NCBI GenBank assembly: GCA_964203325.1
Contig: CAXNNH010000001.1
Span: 1-46,990, forward strand
Reading direction: 5' to 3'
Source: Burkholderiales bacterium
GTDB taxonomy: Bacteria > Pseudomonadota > Gammaproteobacteria > Burkholderiales > Rhodocyclaceae
Length of the DNA: 46,990 nt
Both the position numbers and the translations under genes were made by a program. The notes under the pieces are model-generated. The model saw only the letters and a program-made list of their open reading frames with translations, had not been told where the DNA came from and searched no databases. Position 1 is the first letter of the stretch. The number at the start of each line of letters is the position of its first letter. Below, one piece after another: positions 18,186 through 26,664 of this stretch.

Positions 18186-20137
18186 ATTACACAATAGACA
18201 TTGCCGAGCTTTTCGATTCGCCGGCTGATCACGTCGAGCCCCTTCTGAATGGGGCCGATTTTGTGCGTACAGTCTGGCAGGACAGGGCCTTGGGGGAGAG
18301 AATTCTCGACTCCTTCGGCGCCGATTCTGCCCAATGCTCCTTTACAAGACTCTCTTTGCTCGAGGATGCCGAGGTCAGGTTGTCATGCCAGGGGGCCTAC
18401 ACCGTGGAGAGTGCCTCTGCGGGCGGTTGGTTGCTTTTACCGGTATATCCTGGCCCGCCAGCTTACTGGTTGCCAGCGTCCCCCATGCTGCGCAGACTAG
18501 ACAAGAGTGGTCATATTCTAGCCAAGGCTACCGCAGATATATGCGGCCTCAATGTTGCGAGTGAAGGGTTGGGGATATCGCTCAAAGGGCGCGCGGGGCA
18601 ATTGCTTGACTTGGTTATTTGGCGGCTTCCAACTGGCGCCGAGAACTGGGTCGATTCCTTGCGGCAGTTCTCAGCCCTCGAGGTCCAGCGCTATTTCCTT
18701 TGGAGTTCGCACACGACGTATGCGCGGCCAGCAGACCTTTATCATCATCTAGTGCACGGCCATGTCTACGAAAACCATGAAGTCTGGCCCAAGTATTGGC
18801 GGGTTTGCTCGGAACTGGATGCTTATGCCTTATACGTGACCCTTTCCGGTTTGTTGCGGGCCACCGGCAAGCGGTTGTATGACTTGCTGAGAATTCAGGT
18901 GGTGTTTTCGGTCATCGCTCGACAAGCCGCAGATGGCGGCTGGTATCACGGTGAATGGTCCAATGATATGGAATCGCATTACCGCTTGCATGCCGGTGGC
19001 ATGCATTTGCTGGCGGCTTACTTTGAGGAATCACATGATCCGGTTGTGGGCTCTGCCTTGAAAAAGGCGGCTGCCTTTGCGGCTTCACGCACGGACCGGT
19101 TGAACTGCGGGATGTGGTATCTGCACGACTCTCTGGAAGAGAACACGGAAACCCTGAAGAAATATCCGTTCCGTTATGCGGTTAGTCGCGCTCTGGGCAA
19201 GTCGCCCAGCAACTTGTTGGTATTGAATACTCATCTGGATACCAACATTGCCATGGAGCGCTATCGCCAGGTTACGGGCGATGCACAACATGACGCATTA
19301 ATTGCTTCGGCTAACGCGACGACCAAGTCGATTCTTGAACTGCGACCGGCAGAATGGCTGTACCGCCCTCTGTTTCGCGCCATCGGGTTGACTTTCTTGC
19401 CGGTCGAGAAGGCGAAGGCACTCTCCCTGCCGCTGCGTGTCATCAAGCGCATCGCCTGGAAATATCTGGTGCCCAAGCTTCCGCAGATCAAGGCGCGCTT
19501 TCCACGTCTGGTCATGCCCGGCGGTTTTATCGAGCGGGACCTGGTGCAATTTTCTTTCTCTGTGCGTTATCAACCGGTCAACTTGATGGATTTGATCCGC
19601 ACCCGGCATTTATTCAACGAGGCAGCCCTTGATGACCTGCTGGAAGAAAGTTTTACTTTTACACAGCAAAGCGGCATCAAGGATCGCTGGAAGGAATTAA
19701 AGGGCAAGGAAGACGACTCACTGGGCTTCTGGGCTGAAGCGCTGTATCACCTTTGCCTGGTCAAATCAGATGCTCGTTACCTCGCTTGGCTAGCCGAGGC
19801 CATCATGGACCTGGAAGACAATGGTCTCGGCCTTTCGCCTTCTTTGCTGGGCGCCAATGCGGAAGCTATTACGCCTGCCATGCAACGGCCATGCCCTAGC
19901 CCAGCCAATTCCAGATTACGGCTGGTTAATCTTGGGCGCGGAGATTTGATTGAGTTGCTGGTGGTCAACCCGAGCAATCAGACCATCACCCTGGAATGGG
20001 AGGCGCCACCGGCTAACCCGATGGTGTGGCGAGGACCGGTTGCCGCGCTGCCGCAAAATTCCGAACGCGGCCTTGAAGTCCCGCCGCGCGGTTGGCTGCT
20101 TGGGGTCGGCGCTGACTCTGGCACATGTCAGTCATGA
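18182..20137 (+). CDS. Large uncharacterised protein; possibly an (alpha/alpha)6-toroid glycan-modifying enzyme (glucuronyl C5-epimerase / lyase-like)
   Basis: 651 aa, coupled by ATGA to the upstream GT. No signal peptide or TM segment was seen. The segment DGGWYHGEW...MWYLHDS...SNLLVLNTHLDTNIAMERYRQVTGDAQ loosely resembles the C5-epimerase C-terminal domain pattern (..VLNGf...l.gLydy...tGd). The gene call is confident; the function is tentative. Confidence 0.3.
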   Translation: MNYTIDIAELFDSPADHVEPLLNGADFVRTVWQDRALGERILDSFGADSAQCSFTRLSLLEDAEVRLSCQGAYTVESASAGGWLLLPVYPGPPAYWLPASPMLRRLDKSGHILAKATADICGLNVASEGLGISLKGRAGQLLDLVIWRLPTGAENWVDSLRQFSALEVQRYFLWSSHTTYARPADLYHHLVHGHVYENHEVWPKYWRVCSELDAYALYVTLSGLLRATGKRLYDLLRIQVVFSVIARQAADGGWYHGEWSNDMESHYRLHAGGMHLLAAYFEESHDPVVGSALKKAAAFAASRTDRLNCGMWYLHDSLEENTETLKKYPFRYAVSRALGKSPSNLLVLNTHLDTNIAMERYRQVTGDAQHDALIASANATTKSILELRPAEWLYRPLFRAIGLTFLPVEKAKALSLPLRVIKRIAWKYLVPKLPQIKARFPRLVMPGGFIERDLVQFSFSVRYQPVNLMDLIRTRHLFNEAALDDLLEESFTFTQQSGIKDRWKELKGKEDDSLGFWAEALYHLCLVKSDARYLAWLAEAIMDLEDNGLGLSPSLLGANAEAITPAMQRPCPSPANSRLRLVNLGRGDLIELLVVNPSNQTITLEWEAPPANPMVWRGPVAALPQNSERGLEVPPRGWLLGVGADSGTCQS

Positions 20138-20174
20138 GCATGCCGATGGCACTTTGGTTAGGTGCTGGCTCTGA

Positions 20175-20242
20175 AGGAGCAGCTTCAGCCGCGAGCCTCC
20201 AGCTATCATTGTGCTGTTCGCGCCTGAAGGCGCTCCTACGTG
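20175..20242. repeat. REPIN, family B
   Basis: The left arm aggagcagcttcagccgcga and the right arm tcgcgcctgaaggcgctcCTACgtg are near reverse complements. The element lies in the 118-nt gap between 20137 and 20256. Confidence 0.6.
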
Positions 20243-20255
20243 ACATCGCTAACGT

Positions 20256-21356
20256 ATGCTGAAACCAGCCGACAATATTCAAATGACTCAACGCGCTCGC
20301 CTCATCGCCTTTCACTTGCCGCAGTTCCACCCAACGCCGGAAAACGATGCCTGGTGGGGCAAAGGTTTTACCGAGTGGACCAATGTCGCCAAGGCGAAGC
20401 CGTTGTTTCCTGGCCACTATCAACCCCACATTCCTGCGGACCTGGGGTTTTATGACTTGCGCCTGCCCGAGGCGCGACATGCTCAGGCTGAACTGGCAAA
20501 GGAATATGGTGTCAGCGGCTTTTGTTATTACCACTACTGGTTTGGTGATGGTCGACGCATTCTGGAGCGACCGGTCAACGAGGTACTCTCAAGCGGCGAG
20601 CCGGATTTTCCGTTCTGTTTGTGCTGGGCCAACCATTCCTGGAACAGCATTTGGCAAGGTACCAACGAGATGCTGATGGAGCAGCGCTATCCGGGTTGGG
20701 ATGATCATGCCGCGCATTTCGATTGGCTGCTGCGCGCGTTCACAGATCCGCGCTACCTTACTGTGGACGGCAAACCAATCTTTGTTATCTACAAGCCGGA
20801 TGACATCCCCGAAATACAAAAAGTGACCGACTATTGGCGTGAGCGTGCGCTCAAGGCAGGTTTACCCGGGTTGCATCTGATCGGCTTTTCTCATTACAAC
20901 CAAAAATGGGATCCTCGAACACGTGGCCTCGATGCAAGCACCATGCAAGCCTTGCCCAATAGAAACGGGCGGATTCCACGTCGTCATCTCAGCACCAAGA
21001 TTAAACTGGCGCTGCAAGGCAACAAGCACGAATTGACCTTATGGGATTACAAGGACGTCTTGCCCATACTGCTGCGCACCAATCAAGTCGATTGGACGGA
21101 TTACCCTCTGGTATTGCCAAATTGGGACAACACGCCCCGGTCCGGCATGCGTGGTTTGGTATTTGAAAACGCCACGCCAGAATTGTTTCGTGGCCTACTG
21201 AACAAGGCCATTGAACGTGTCTCAACCCGGCCGGCGGACGAACGTATTGTCTTTCTGAAAGCATGGAACGAGTGGGCGGAGGGAAACTATGTGGAGCCGG
21301 ACCAAAAATGGGGCCGGGCCTGGCTTGAAGTTATCAAACAGGAGTTGCAAGCATGA
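20256..21356 (+). CDS. WbsX-family (GH99-like fold) glycosyl transferase/hydrolase-like protein
   Basis: LIAFHLPQFHPTPENDAWWGKGFTEWTNVAKAKPLFPGHYQPHIPADLGFYDLR...CYYHYWF...CLCWANHSW is the WbsX family N-terminal signature as I recall it. Confidence 0.7.
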   Translation: MLKPADNIQMTQRARLIAFHLPQFHPTPENDAWWGKGFTEWTNVAKAKPLFPGHYQPHIPADLGFYDLRLPEARHAQAELAKEYGVSGFCYYHYWFGDGRRILERPVNEVLSSGEPDFPFCLCWANHSWNSIWQGTNEMLMEQRYPGWDDHAAHFDWLLRAFTDPRYLTVDGKPIFVIYKPDDIPEIQKVTDYWRERALKAGLPGLHLIGFSHYNQKWDPRTRGLDASTMQALPNRNGRIPRRHLSTKIKLALQGNKHELTLWDYKDVLPILLRTNQVDWTDYPLVLPNWDNTPRSGMRGLVFENATPELFRGLLNKAIERVSTRPADERIVFLKAWNEWAEGNYVEPDQKWGRAWLEVIKQELQA

Positions 21357-22324
21357 GTGAGACAGCGGCCGAAAAATCGAGCGAGATTCGCCCTCTGATC
21401 TCGGTGGTGATGCCCTGCTTCAACGCTGCCCCCTATCTGGCTGAGGCAGTCGGTTCCGCTTTGGGGCAAACCTATGGCAACGTCGAAGTCGTACTGGTGG
21501 ATGATGGTTCTACCGATGGTTCTGCTGAGATTGCCGCACAACTAGCAACTGAACACCCCGAACGTGTTCGGTTACTCCACTCTCCTCACATGGGGCCTTA
21601 CCCAGCGCGGAATAAGGCGCTTCGTATCATCCAGGGCGAGTTCGTTGCGTTTCTTGACGCCGATGACTGGTGGGATGCCAGCACGCTGGAAAAACTTCAT
21701 GCGGCTTTGACCACCGCCAATGCCGATATCGCCTATTGCGGTTGGCAGAATGTGGGGGAGGGCTTGACTCTGGAACCCTATGTGCCTCACGAATATGAGA
21801 AGGCAGATCCGGTCGATGCGTTTCTCCGTTCCTGCCCCTGGCCAATTCATGCCGCACTGATAAAGCGTACCATCGTCGACCGCATCGGCGGTTTTTCCGA
21901 ACGGCGCTTTTCTTCGATGGACTACGACTTCTGGCTGCGTGCACTGGCGCAAACACGCAGCATCACGCGCGTGCCCGAGGTATTGGCGTTCTACCGCTGG
22001 CACGGCCAGGGTCAGCTATCAGCGGTGAAATGGCGGCAGGTGCTGGATGCGCTCGAAGCGCAGCAAGCCTTCATCGCCGCCAACCCGCGACTGGTGGCGC
22101 ATCTACCGCTGGAAAAGTTGCGCGATTTGACGGAAGGGCAAGTGCTGCGTCAGGCTTATCGTGCCTTCTGGAAGCGTGATCTGCTGTCGGCGCAGAAGCT
22201 GTTCCGTCATGTGGCAACGCATGGCGGTTTTGCTCTCAGCGATCTGCGCCATATCCTGGCAGCACTGTTGCCGATGACGATTTATCGCGGCCTTGTCCAT
22301 CTGACCGAGCGGAGCCGCCAATGA
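21353..22324 (+). CDS. Family 2 glycosyltransferase
   Basis: Motifs ISVVMPCFNAAPYLAEAVGSALGQ, VLVDDGSTDGS, FLDADDWW and DYDFWLR. Confidence 0.85.
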   Translation: MSETAAEKSSEIRPLISVVMPCFNAAPYLAEAVGSALGQTYGNVEVVLVDDGSTDGSAEIAAQLATEHPERVRLLHSPHMGPYPARNKALRIIQGEFVAFLDADDWWDASTLEKLHAALTTANADIAYCGWQNVGEGLTLEPYVPHEYEKADPVDAFLRSCPWPIHAALIKRTIVDRIGGFSERRFSSMDYDFWLRALAQTRSITRVPEVLAFYRWHGQGQLSAVKWRQVLDALEAQQAFIAANPRLVAHLPLEKLRDLTEGQVLRQAYRAFWKRDLLSAQKLFRHVATHGGFALSDLRHILAALLPMTIYRGLVHLTERSRQ

Positions 22325-23118
22325 GCCAGGCCACCCGGATTCCTGTGTTGATGTACCACCGTGTCGGCGCCTCCAGTAATGCCTGGGAGGCACGTTACGC
22401 GATTTCCCCCGAGGGTTTCGCCGCCCACATGCAAACCCTCGCCAGATCGGGCTATCGCGCGGTCGATATCGATGCTCTGGTGGACTGGCTGGAGGGTGGC
22501 GCTGCATTGCCTGAGGGGGCGTTCCTGCTCACCTTCGATGACGGTTTCCGCGGCGTTCGAGAGCATGCCCTGCCGGTGCTGGAAAAGCTGGGCTGGCCGT
22601 TCACCGTCTTTCTGGTCAGTGACCTGATCGGTGGTGAGGATGTCTGGACGCGTAGCAGCAATCCCTCCGGGGCTACCTTCCCGCTGCTGGATGCTGGCGA
22701 GATCCGGGACATGCAGCGACGCGGCTGTAGTTTCCATTCGCATACTCGCAGTCACGCCAGTTTGCCGAAGCTCGATGATGTGGCGCTGGCCGATCAATTG
22801 CGGGGGTCGCGCTCGGCTCTGGCCGAACTGCTCGACCATGACGTGCGTTATATCGCTTATCCTTTTGGCCATCTGGATGAACGGGTGGAGGCCGCCACCC
22901 GTGCCGCCGGCTATCGTGCAGCCTTCGCCACGCAGCCTGGTTTCAACCGTCGCGACGTGAACCGGTTCCGGATTCGCCGCATCGACGTGTTCGGCACCGA
23001 TACCCCAGCCATGCTTGCACGCAAGATTCACCTCGGCAGCAACGACGGCAGTCTGGGCCATGCCTTGCGCTATTACCTGGCGCGCCTGAGCAGCCGGCTG
23101 CCCGGAGTCGGACGATGA
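22321..23118 (+). CDS. Polysaccharide deacetylase (NodB homology / CE4)
   Basis: Motifs IPVLMYHRV, LTFDDGF (Asp-Asp motif) and HSHTRSH (His-x-x-x-His metal motif). Confidence 0.8.
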   Translation: MSQATRIPVLMYHRVGASSNAWEARYAISPEGFAAHMQTLARSGYRAVDIDALVDWLEGGAALPEGAFLLTFDDGFRGVREHALPVLEKLGWPFTVFLVSDLIGGEDVWTRSSNPSGATFPLLDAGEIRDMQRRGCSFHSHTRSHASLPKLDDVALADQLRGSRSALAELLDHDVRYIAYPFGHLDERVEAATRAAGYRAAFATQPGFNRRDVNRFRIRRIDVFGTDTPAMLARKIHLGSNDGSLGHALRYYLARLSSRLPGVGR

Positions 23119-24044
23119 GCTTCGCCTACAGTGTTGCCCTGTGCACCCATAACCATGCCGACCGCCTTGTGCGCACACTCGCAGACCTGCCCGGCATCCG
23201 GCAGCCCCGCGCCGCATGGGAATTGCTGATCATCGATAACGCTAGCCGCGACGCTACCCCCGAAATCCTTGCCAACCACGCGTGGCCGGTGGAATGGACG
23301 GTGCGCGTGGTGCGCGAGGAAAAGCTTGGCCTCTCCAACGCGCGCAACCGCGCCATCCGGGAAGCACGCGGTGAGTATGTCATCTTCATCGACGACGACG
23401 AGACCGCCGACGCCGACTGGCTGTGTGCGTTCGAACGCCTGATTGAGGCACAAGCCCCTGATGCCTTCGGTGGCCGTATTGAGGTGCTGTTCGAGGACCA
23501 GCGTCCGTCTTGGCTGCGCGACGAGTTGCTCGGCTTTCTCGGCCAGCTTAACCGCCACGAGATGATCGCGCCCCTGACTGAGCCAGGCACCTCCTTCTAT
23601 GGTGGTAACTTCGGATTCCGTACAAGCGTTTGCGAACGCGTCGGCGCCTTCGATACCGACCTCGGCCGGAAGGGCACGGACAATACGGGTGGGGAGGAAG
23701 TGGACTTTTATCGTCGACTGCTTGGCGCCGGCATGCGCGTGTGGTGGACGCCGGATGCAGTGATTCATCACCGCATCCAGGCGGTGAAGCTTGACCGCCG
23801 CTACTTTATTGACCTGCATTACCGACAGGGTCGCATGGAAGCCATCCGCAAACGCGGTAACGCTTCCCGGCTGCCGCCGCCTTACCTGGTCGGCCAGTTC
23901 GCCCGCGCGCTCCAATCCGTATGGAATGAATATCGCATCGGTGGTCGTGACGCCACGTTGCGCAAGGAAATGAACGTGGCCTATTTCGTCGGCTACATCA
24001 ACGGCTGGCTGTTTGGCCCGGCGCCGGATACTTCTGCATCGTGA
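23115..24044 (+). CDS. Family 2 glycosyltransferase
   Basis: Motifs SVALCTHNHADRL, LIIDNASRDAT, GLSNARNRA and FIDDDE. Confidence 0.8.
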   Translation: MSFAYSVALCTHNHADRLVRTLADLPGIRQPRAAWELLIIDNASRDATPEILANHAWPVEWTVRVVREEKLGLSNARNRAIREARGEYVIFIDDDETADADWLCAFERLIEAQAPDAFGGRIEVLFEDQRPSWLRDELLGFLGQLNRHEMIAPLTEPGTSFYGGNFGFRTSVCERVGAFDTDLGRKGTDNTGGEEVDFYRRLLGAGMRVWWTPDAVIHHRIQAVKLDRRYFIDLHYRQGRMEAIRKRGNASRLPPPYLVGQFARALQSVWNEYRIGGRDATLRKEMNVAYFVGYINGWLFGPAPDTSAS

Positions 24045-24862
24045 TCCGCCTCGCGTTCCGACTCGACGATCCCTCAGCCACCAGCAATCGGGAGATTGAG
24101 GCGCGCATCCTGGAATCCCTTGCGCGCCACGGCCTGCGCGCCACTTTCGCGGTGATTCCGTTTCGCGGTGAGGAGGCGACACCTCTGCCTTTGACCAGGG
24201 AACGGGCGCGGCCGCTGCGCGAAGCTGTTGAACAAGGCGTGCTGGATGTCGCCCTGCATGGCCATTCCCACCACGATAATAATCCTGGCGGCCAACCCAG
24301 CGAGTTCGCCGGCTTGCCGGCATCCCGCCAACGCGAGCTGATCTCGTCTGGAAAGGACTTGCTGGAGGCGATCTTCGAACGCCCCATCCGTGGTTTCGTT
24401 CCACCCTACAACAGCTTCGATGCTGCGACCCTGGCCGTGCTTGAGCAAGCCGGACTCAGCCATCTGTCCTCGAATATGCGCTATGCGCCGATGCGTCATA
24501 CTTCTCTGCGTCTGCTACCGCTTACCTGCCACCTCCCAGAGCTGAAGGCTGCGATCGCTGAGGCGCGCCGTTTCTCTCGTTTGCAGCCGCTGGTCGTCGT
24601 GGTCATGCACCACTACGATTTCCCCGGAGGCGAGGCGCCGGTATTCTCTGATTTCGCAGAGTTCGACGCGCTGTTGGCCTGGATCGCCGAGCAGAAAGAT
24701 GTCCAGATCAGGACACTGTCACAACTGGCTGAAGAACTTACTTCCACCGCTAGCCAGCGCGTATTTCAGCATAATCGCCTGCGGGATCACCTTCCCTGGC
24801 GTTATCGTCACTGGCTGCCCAGCCTTTGCGCGGCCTCCCGGCCGTTGTGGTGGCCTGGATGA
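24041..24862 (+). CDS. Deacetylase-like protein (DUF2334-like, glycoside hydrolase/deacetylase fold)
   Basis: GTG start overlapping the upstream TGA. Motifs RLDDPSATSN, ATFAVIPF, ALHGHSHHD and FVPPYNSFD are typical of this fold. Confidence 0.5.
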   Translation: MIRLAFRLDDPSATSNREIEARILESLARHGLRATFAVIPFRGEEATPLPLTRERARPLREAVEQGVLDVALHGHSHHDNNPGGQPSEFAGLPASRQRELISSGKDLLEAIFERPIRGFVPPYNSFDAATLAVLEQAGLSHLSSNMRYAPMRHTSLRLLPLTCHLPELKAAIAEARRFSRLQPLVVVVMHHYDFPGGEAPVFSDFAEFDALLAWIAEQKDVQIRTLSQLAEELTSTASQRVFQHNRLRDHLPWRYRHWLPSLCAASRPLWWPG

Positions 24863-24887
24863 AGGCCGCGTCTGGAAGCTCGCCAAC

Positions 24888-25706
24888 ATGCCATATTCAA
24901 CCTTGGAGGATCGCTTTATGAACAAAGAAGAACTGCTTGCCGAAGTCGCTAAACATGAATGGATGCACACCATCGACCTCGGCCAGGGTGTGGTTACTCC
25001 CGGCCGTTGGCCTGTCAACCAGAACACCCTAAGCGCTTACGACCGAATTGATTTCAAGGGCAAGAAGGTTCTAGACCTGGGTTCCTGCAATGGCCTCTGG
25101 TCTTTTGAAGCCGAACGTCGTGGCGCTGCCGAGGTGTATTCCGTCGATTACCTGACCCATGTCGGCTATTGGTGCACCCCGGCCTACAAGCTTGCCCATG
25201 AGGCGCTCGGCTCGAAGGCCAAATACTTTCCGGACATGAATGTCTATGACGTGGAGCAGCTCGGCATCAACGACTTCGACGTGGTGATCTTCAGCGGCAT
25301 TTACTACCACCTCAAGCACCCCCTGATGGCGTTGACGATTCTTCGCCGGGTGATGAAGGAGGGGGGGCACATTATCATCGAGGGGCCGATCTTTCCGGAT
25401 GTCGAGCAGAGTTATTCCAGCTTTCACTATCGTGATCTTCTGTTCGGCGACAAGAGCAACTGGTGTGTGCCGAGCTTGCGCTGTTTGCGGGAGTGGGTCG
25501 AATGCTCCTTTTTCGAGATCGAGACGGAGTCTTTCAACCAGGAACTTCCCTCCGGCGGTAAGCAGAAACTCAAGTCAATGATTCGCGCCGGCCTGGGTAA
25601 GCAGTCCTCCGACATCCTGCGTACCGTAATGCTGGCGCGGGCGGTGGTCCGCAAGGATCCACTCTATTCCACCATCGATCCCGATCTGGCCGCCTTCTTC
25701 CGCTGA
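24888..25706 (+). CDS. Class I SAM-dependent methyltransferase (DUF1698/CmoB-like subgroup)
   Basis: Start taken at the internal ATG 24888 (MPYSTLEDRF). WMHTIDLGQGVVTPG is present and SAM motif I is VLDLGSCNGLWSF. VVIFSGIYYHLKHP is also present. Confidence 0.75.
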   Translation: MPYSTLEDRFMNKEELLAEVAKHEWMHTIDLGQGVVTPGRWPVNQNTLSAYDRIDFKGKKVLDLGSCNGLWSFEAERRGAAEVYSVDYLTHVGYWCTPAYKLAHEALGSKAKYFPDMNVYDVEQLGINDFDVVIFSGIYYHLKHPLMALTILRRVMKEGGHIIIEGPIFPDVEQSYSSFHYRDLLFGDKSNWCVPSLRCLREWVECSFFEIETESFNQELPSGGKQKLKSMIRAGLGKQSSDILRTVMLARAVVRKDPLYSTIDPDLAAFFR

Positions 25707-25722
25707 GCCGCCGAACGCCAGC

Positions 25723-26664
25723 ATGCGTCTGACTATCCTGATCTGCACCCACGACCGCGTCGAGTTGCTGGGCAAGACGCTGGCCTCGCTGAATGCCGCC
25801 GAGCGGCCGGTCGGCTGGGAGGTGGACATTCTGGTGATTGCCAATGCCTGCGAGGACGGTACCCATTCCTTCCTCGGCGCCTATCCGGATGGATTGCCGG
25901 GCGCGCTCCCCCTCCACTGGTTAGCAGAGCCGACGCCGGGCAAGTCGCACGCGCTGAATCTGGCGATGGGCGTGGTCGAGTCCGATCTGGTTGCTTTCGT
26001 CGATGACGATCACCGCGTTGACCCCACCTATCTTGACGCTGTCTGCCGGGCCGCCGACCAGTACCCGGAAACCGACCTGTTTTGCGGCCGCATCTTGCCC
26101 GATTGGGATGGCAGCGAGCCCGCGTGGGTGCACGACAACGGCCCGTACCGGATCTATCCGTTGCCGGTGCCGCGCTTCGACCTCGGCGGCGCCGGTCGCC
26201 CGATCGATGCCGATATCGCCATTCCCGGCGGCGGCAACTTGTTCCTGCGCACACCCTGGCTGCGCCGGGTCGGCTCCTTCGTGGTCGAACTTGGCCCGGT
26301 TGGCCACAACCTTGGTGGTGCCGAAGATATTGAATGGGTGCTGCGCGCCCTCGGGCTGGGCGCGCGCCTGCGCTATGTCCCGGAGGTCATGCAACATCAC
26401 TTTGTCGATACCGAGCGCCTGTGCATGCGTTACCTTCTCGCCAAGGCCTATGAGAGATCGGCCTCCACCGTGCGCGTGCATACTTCCGCTGCCGAGGGCG
26501 TTCCGCTGTATATGTATCGCAAGCTGTTCGGCTATCTCTTTTCTGCCTTGACCGCCTGGTCGACCAATCGCCGCCGCTTCTTTCTGGTTCGACTGGCGGC
26601 CAGCCTGGGAGAGATCAAGGGTCATCGGCAGGCGCGTGGCGACCGCTTGAGGAACACGCGATGA
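25723..26664 (+). CDS. Family 2 glycosyltransferase
   Basis: Motifs LTILICTHDRVELL, LVIANACEDGT, GKSHALNLA and FVDDDH. Confidence 0.8.
   Translation: MRLTILICTHDRVELLGKTLASLNAAERPVGWEVDILVIANACEDGTHSFLGAYPDGLPGALPLHWLAEPTPGKSHALNLAMGVVESDLVAFVDDDHRVDPTYLDAVCRAADQYPETDLFCGRILPDWDGSEPAWVHDNGPYRIYPLPVPRFDLGGAGRPIDADIAIPGGGNLFLRTPWLRRVGSFVVELGPVGHNLGGAEDIEWVLRALGLGARLRYVPEVMQHHFVDTERLCMRYLLAKAYERSASTVRVHTSAAEGVPLYMYRKLFGYLFSALTAWSTNRRRFFLVRLAASLGEIKGHRQARGDRLRNTR

Noticed and set aside
22282-24404. Long minus-strand ORFs (22282-23217, 23073-24404 and nested ones) antisense to the deacetylase/GT2 genes
   Set aside because: Their translations are Arg/Ala/Gly/Pro-rich low-complexity strings with no motifs. 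The plus-strand genes carry clear family signatures. Long antisense ORFs are expected in GC-rich coding DNA.
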